Positions 44,471-47,268 of a stretch of DNA of 47,268 nucleotides are shown here, one piece after another. A program made the translations under genes and the position numbers. Under the pieces are notes generated by a model. The model had not been told where the DNA came from and ran no database searches. It saw only the letters and a program-made list of their open reading frames with translations. The DNA is from a virus (taxonomy: Duplodnaviria > Caudoviricetes), in the IMG/VR virus record IMGVR_UViG_3300023214_000238, positions 1 to 47,268 of that record, one strand, 5' to 3'. Each line of letters opens with the position of its first letter. Positions within the stretch are counted from its first letter, which is position 1.

Positions 44471-45471
44471 TTGAGGCCAATCCGCCGCGATTGAGGGCTC
44501 CGTTCAAATACTACGGCGGCAAGGGCCACATGATTGCGAAGATCGTGCCCCTTATACCGGACGGCAAGGTCTATGTCGAGCCCTACTGTGGCGCGGCGTC
44601 CATCTTCTTCAGTAAGCCGCCTCACTCCGCCGAAGTTCTCAATGATCTAAACGGCGATATCGTCAACCTCTTCCGTGTCCTGCAAGACAAGGAGTCGTTT
44701 GAGGAATTCCGCCACAGGATCATGTATACGCCCTATGCCAGAGCGGAATTCGCCAGAGCATTGGAGATGATTTCCGAGCCTGTCGTTAGTTCCGTGAGCG
44801 TCGATCGCGCGTGGGCGTGGTTCGTCGCGAAGAATCAGGGGTTCAGCGGCACAGCAAAATCGGTCGGAGACTGGGGCCGGGCGTTCACCTCTAGCGGCGG
44901 AGTGGCCAAAAACGTCAATTCCTGGCTGATGCGGCAGTCTTTATTGGACGCCTGGCGGCACCGGTTGATGACCACGCAGATCGACAGCCGTGACGCCCTG
45001 GAAGTCATCCGTTATTGGGACAGCCCGGAGACTGTCTTCTACTGCGATCCGCCCTACGTGATAGACACGCGAGCGAAGGGAAGCCGCGCGAAGTATAAGC
45101 ACGAATGCCAAAACGACCATCATGCATCTTTACTTGACGCGCTTCTGGGCTTGAAGGGAAAGGCTGTTGTGAGCGGTTACGATCACGCGCTCTACGAACC
45201 GTTGGCGGCGGCGGGGTGGGAATGCAAGAGATTTTCTACCGATTGTCGCGCTTCCAACAGAGGGAGGGGCTCTAAAGTTCGCGGCCCAGGTAACGGCATG
45301 AAGCACAGCCCCCGCACGGAATGCGCTTGGGTTTCGCCAGGTGCGGAAAGTGAGCCATCGTCAATTCACTCCGCCAATGGAAAGGCTGCCAATAATGGGA
45401 AAGCCCGAATGGCTGCTGACCGGCTTGGCGTTCATCGTTTTGCCGGTCATGATCCTGTTCGATTCGATTGA
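44467..45471 (+). CDS. D12-class (Dam-like) N6-adenine DNA methyltransferase 2
   Basis: YYGGK, EPYCG, VLNDL and YCDPPY motifs. Confidence 0.93.
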   Translation: MIEANPPRLRAPFKYYGGKGHMIAKIVPLIPDGKVYVEPYCGAASIFFSKPPHSAEVLNDLNGDIVNLFRVLQDKESFEEFRHRIMYTPYARAEFARALEMISEPVVSSVSVDRAWAWFVAKNQGFSGTAKSVGDWGRAFTSSGGVAKNVNSWLMRQSLLDAWRHRLMTTQIDSRDALEVIRYWDSPETVFYCDPPYVIDTRAKGSRAKYKHECQNDHHASLLDALLGLKGKAVVSGYDHALYEPLAAAGWECKRFSTDCRASNRGRGSKVRGPGNGMKHSPRTECAWVSPGAESEPSSIHSANGKAANNGKARMAADRLGVHRFAGHDPVRFD

Positions 45472-45589
45472 GCGCACGTGGTGGTACTTCGGCGAACCGA
45501 GTTTGTTCTTTTTCCTTGTATTTCTGGTGCTTTCCGCCATGCCTCTTGTCGGTGTCTACTGCTTAACGCGAGTGTTTAGCCGTGGCTGA
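45395..45589 (+). CDS. Small two-TM membrane protein
   Basis: Two hydrophobic helices; overlaps the non-conserved tail of the MTase. Confidence 0.55.
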   Translation: MGKPEWLLTGLAFIVLPVMILFDSIERTWWYFGEPSLFFFLVFLVLSAMPLVGVYCLTRVFSRG

Positions 45590-46562
45590 TTCACCTGAAC
45601 GAAAACTTCTCGCCGAAACGTACAAGGCGCTTGAGTCGCGTGGCTACGGCGCGATGCTCAATTCGCGCTGGCTGCCTAAAACCTGGACCTCCATGCGTCC
45701 GGCGATCGAAGCCTACGTTCGATTCAATGAATTGGAGCCAGACCAGCCACTTGAAGCGCTGTTTGCGAATCTGAGCCGCCCGTGTTGCGCTCGGCCGGAC
45801 ATCGACTATGGCCGCGACGGCCTTCCCGTCGAAAACGAGAAGGCCAAGCCTGACAAGCGCACCATCGAGGCGGCGATTGAAGACAGGATCGACGTGCTGG
45901 AGCGTGGCGTCACGTTCTGGACTCATGAGCCGATTCGCGTGCATTGGGCATTCGACAGAATCCCGGATAGCAATGATTCCTTCCAGCGCACGCGCACCGT
46001 CGAACAGATTTGGGATCGTCTAGTCCATATCGCGCACAACTTATGCGGGGTGCGGTTCGTTCGGGTTCAGTCGCCGAGCGAGGCGAACCTAACCGGCTCA
46101 AGTCGATGGCTTGGCCCTGGCGTGCTGGGGTTGGCCCAAGTTGCTCAGCGTGGTATGTCGCCGGATGCTCGGCTCTGGCATCGTCTCAATCCATCCTTTG
46201 ACCTCTCGGTCCTCCTCTTCTTATCGACATGGATCCATGAGATATGGCACAGCCTCGGGTGTCCGCATCTTCGCGGCGGCGCAAATTTCATGAACCCCAG
46301 CCATATGCCTCAATTGCGCGTACCCGGCCCGAAGGATCGGGAGTGGTCGTTGCGGCACTACCCGCAGAAGACTAACTTCACGCCAAGCACCGACTTGGCG
46401 TTTGTAGGCTGGGAGCCGGGGGGCGGAGATCAGCCTGATCCCACGCCCGATCCCGAGCCTCCACCGCCACCTAGCCCTGAACCACCCGACGGTCGGGAGG
46501 CGACAATCGCCATCACGGAAAACGGGCAAACCCGAATTTATCGCGGCCGGCGGGTGAATTGA
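45582..46562 (+). CDS. Matrixin (M10/MMP-like) zinc metalloprotease with propeptide
   Basis: HEIWHSLGCPH (HExxHxxGxxH), Met-turn NFMNP, GVLGLA, cysteine-switch-like RPCCARPD. Confidence 0.88.
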   Translation: MADSPERKLLAETYKALESRGYGAMLNSRWLPKTWTSMRPAIEAYVRFNELEPDQPLEALFANLSRPCCARPDIDYGRDGLPVENEKAKPDKRTIEAAIEDRIDVLERGVTFWTHEPIRVHWAFDRIPDSNDSFQRTRTVEQIWDRLVHIAHNLCGVRFVRVQSPSEANLTGSSRWLGPGVLGLAQVAQRGMSPDARLWHRLNPSFDLSVLLFLSTWIHEIWHSLGCPHLRGGANFMNPSHMPQLRVPGPKDREWSLRHYPQKTNFTPSTDLAFVGWEPGGGDQPDPTPDPEPPPPPSPEPPDGREATIAITENGQTRIYRGRRVN

Positions 46563-46563
46563 C

Positions 46564-46920
46564 ATGTATCTCAACATTCCACAGCTCGATTGGCCGTCCA
46601 AGATCATCGCTGCGGTCGGCTCCGCCGCGAATTTCAGCGTGGCGGCGGTCGCCTATGCGGAGAGCCAGCCGCTTTGGGTTGTCGCGATTGCCACGGCGCT
46701 GTCCATCCTGACGCCCGCCGGCGTTTGGTTTGTGCGTGGCTGGGTTGATCACATTGAGAAACGCCACATGCACGCGGTCGAACGCGAAAACGAGCGCCTC
46801 CGCGATAAGCTTAGGGAAACCGAGAGGCAAGCATCGGACGCCAGGCGGGACTACAGCAGGGCGTCCGAGGACTTGAATAGAGCCAAACGACTGCTAAACG
46901 ACATGGGGATTCAGACATGA
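46564..46920 (+). CDS. Membrane protein with C-terminal coiled coil (holin/spanin-like)
   Basis: Hydrophobic N-terminal helices, then heptad-rich ERENERLRDKLRE. Confidence 0.6.
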   Translation: MYLNIPQLDWPSKIIAAVGSAANFSVAAVAYAESQPLWVVAIATALSILTPAGVWFVRGWVDHIEKRHMHAVERENERLRDKLRETERQASDARRDYSRASEDLNRAKRLLNDMGIQT

Positions 46921-47123
46921 AATTCAATCGACGCGACGCGCTTTCGATCGCCGGAACAATCGGCCTTCTGATCGCCCTCTTGGCGGGATCGTTTGGAGGC
47001 GAGCCGAATGAGGAGATGGCTTCCCAAGCCGCCCAATTGATTGGCGTTCTCGCTGCCGCCTTGGGCTATGGCGGCGCGTCCCTGGCTGACGCAGCCGACC
47101 GAGGCAAGGATGCTTCCCCCTGA
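46917..47123 (+). CDS. Holin-like two-TM protein
   Basis: 68 aa, two hydrophobic segments, charged C-terminus; ATGA coupling. Confidence 0.6.
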   Translation: MKFNRRDALSIAGTIGLLIALLAGSFGGEPNEEMASQAAQLIGVLAAALGYGGASLADAADRGKDASP

Positions 47124-47223
47124 GTTCGATATCGTCGGTGTCTTGTGGCTGATCTTCCTTTGCGGCGTGGCGCTCGGGGCGCTCATGACGCTGGCGGCCT
47201 TGATCACCCTGTTTTTTCTTTAA
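47110..47223 (+). CDS. Small single-TM protein
   Basis: MLPPEFDIVGVLWLIFLCGVALGALMTLAALITLFFL. Confidence 0.45.
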   Translation: MLPPEFDIVGVLWLIFLCGVALGALMTLAALITLFFL

Positions 47224-47268
47224 GGGGGCGGGCTCATGCTCGGCAAATCGATCGACCTCTCGGCCTTG

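Noticed and set aside
1-47268. Integrated prophage boundary or lysogeny module
   Set aside because: No integrase, repressor pair, att-like duplication or host housekeeping genes visible; cannot be excluded outside the window

Overview
A 47.3-kb section of a tailed dsDNA phage genome (siphovirus-like tail). Almost all genes are on the + strand. Portal, capsid, integrase and DNA polymerase genes are not visible in the window. Gene order: tail module with a -1 frameshift chaperone and tape measure protein (1-10.6 kb); accessory enzymes; a short leftward nucleotide-metabolism operon (13.0-14.8 kb); a ~500-nt highly structured intergenic region; replication, recombination and nucleotide genes (radical SAM, sigma-like factors, NUDIX, Rad52-like, Prim-Pol, macrodomain, SF2 helicase, ThyA, DHFR, RuvC-like, two tRNAs, adenine MTase); a cluster of small early-type genes (33.7-38 kb) bracketed by two phase-locked degenerate (CATG)n arrays and a repeat-rich 2.3-kb non-coding region; then terminase genes, a NusG-family factor, a second MTase and a membrane-protein cluster centred on an MMP-like (matrixin) zymogen. 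The most notable observations are the CATG-register arrays, the candidate large ncRNA and the matrixin occupying the endolysin position. All calls come from motif reading by eye; no searches were run. A Planctomycetota-like host is only a guess.
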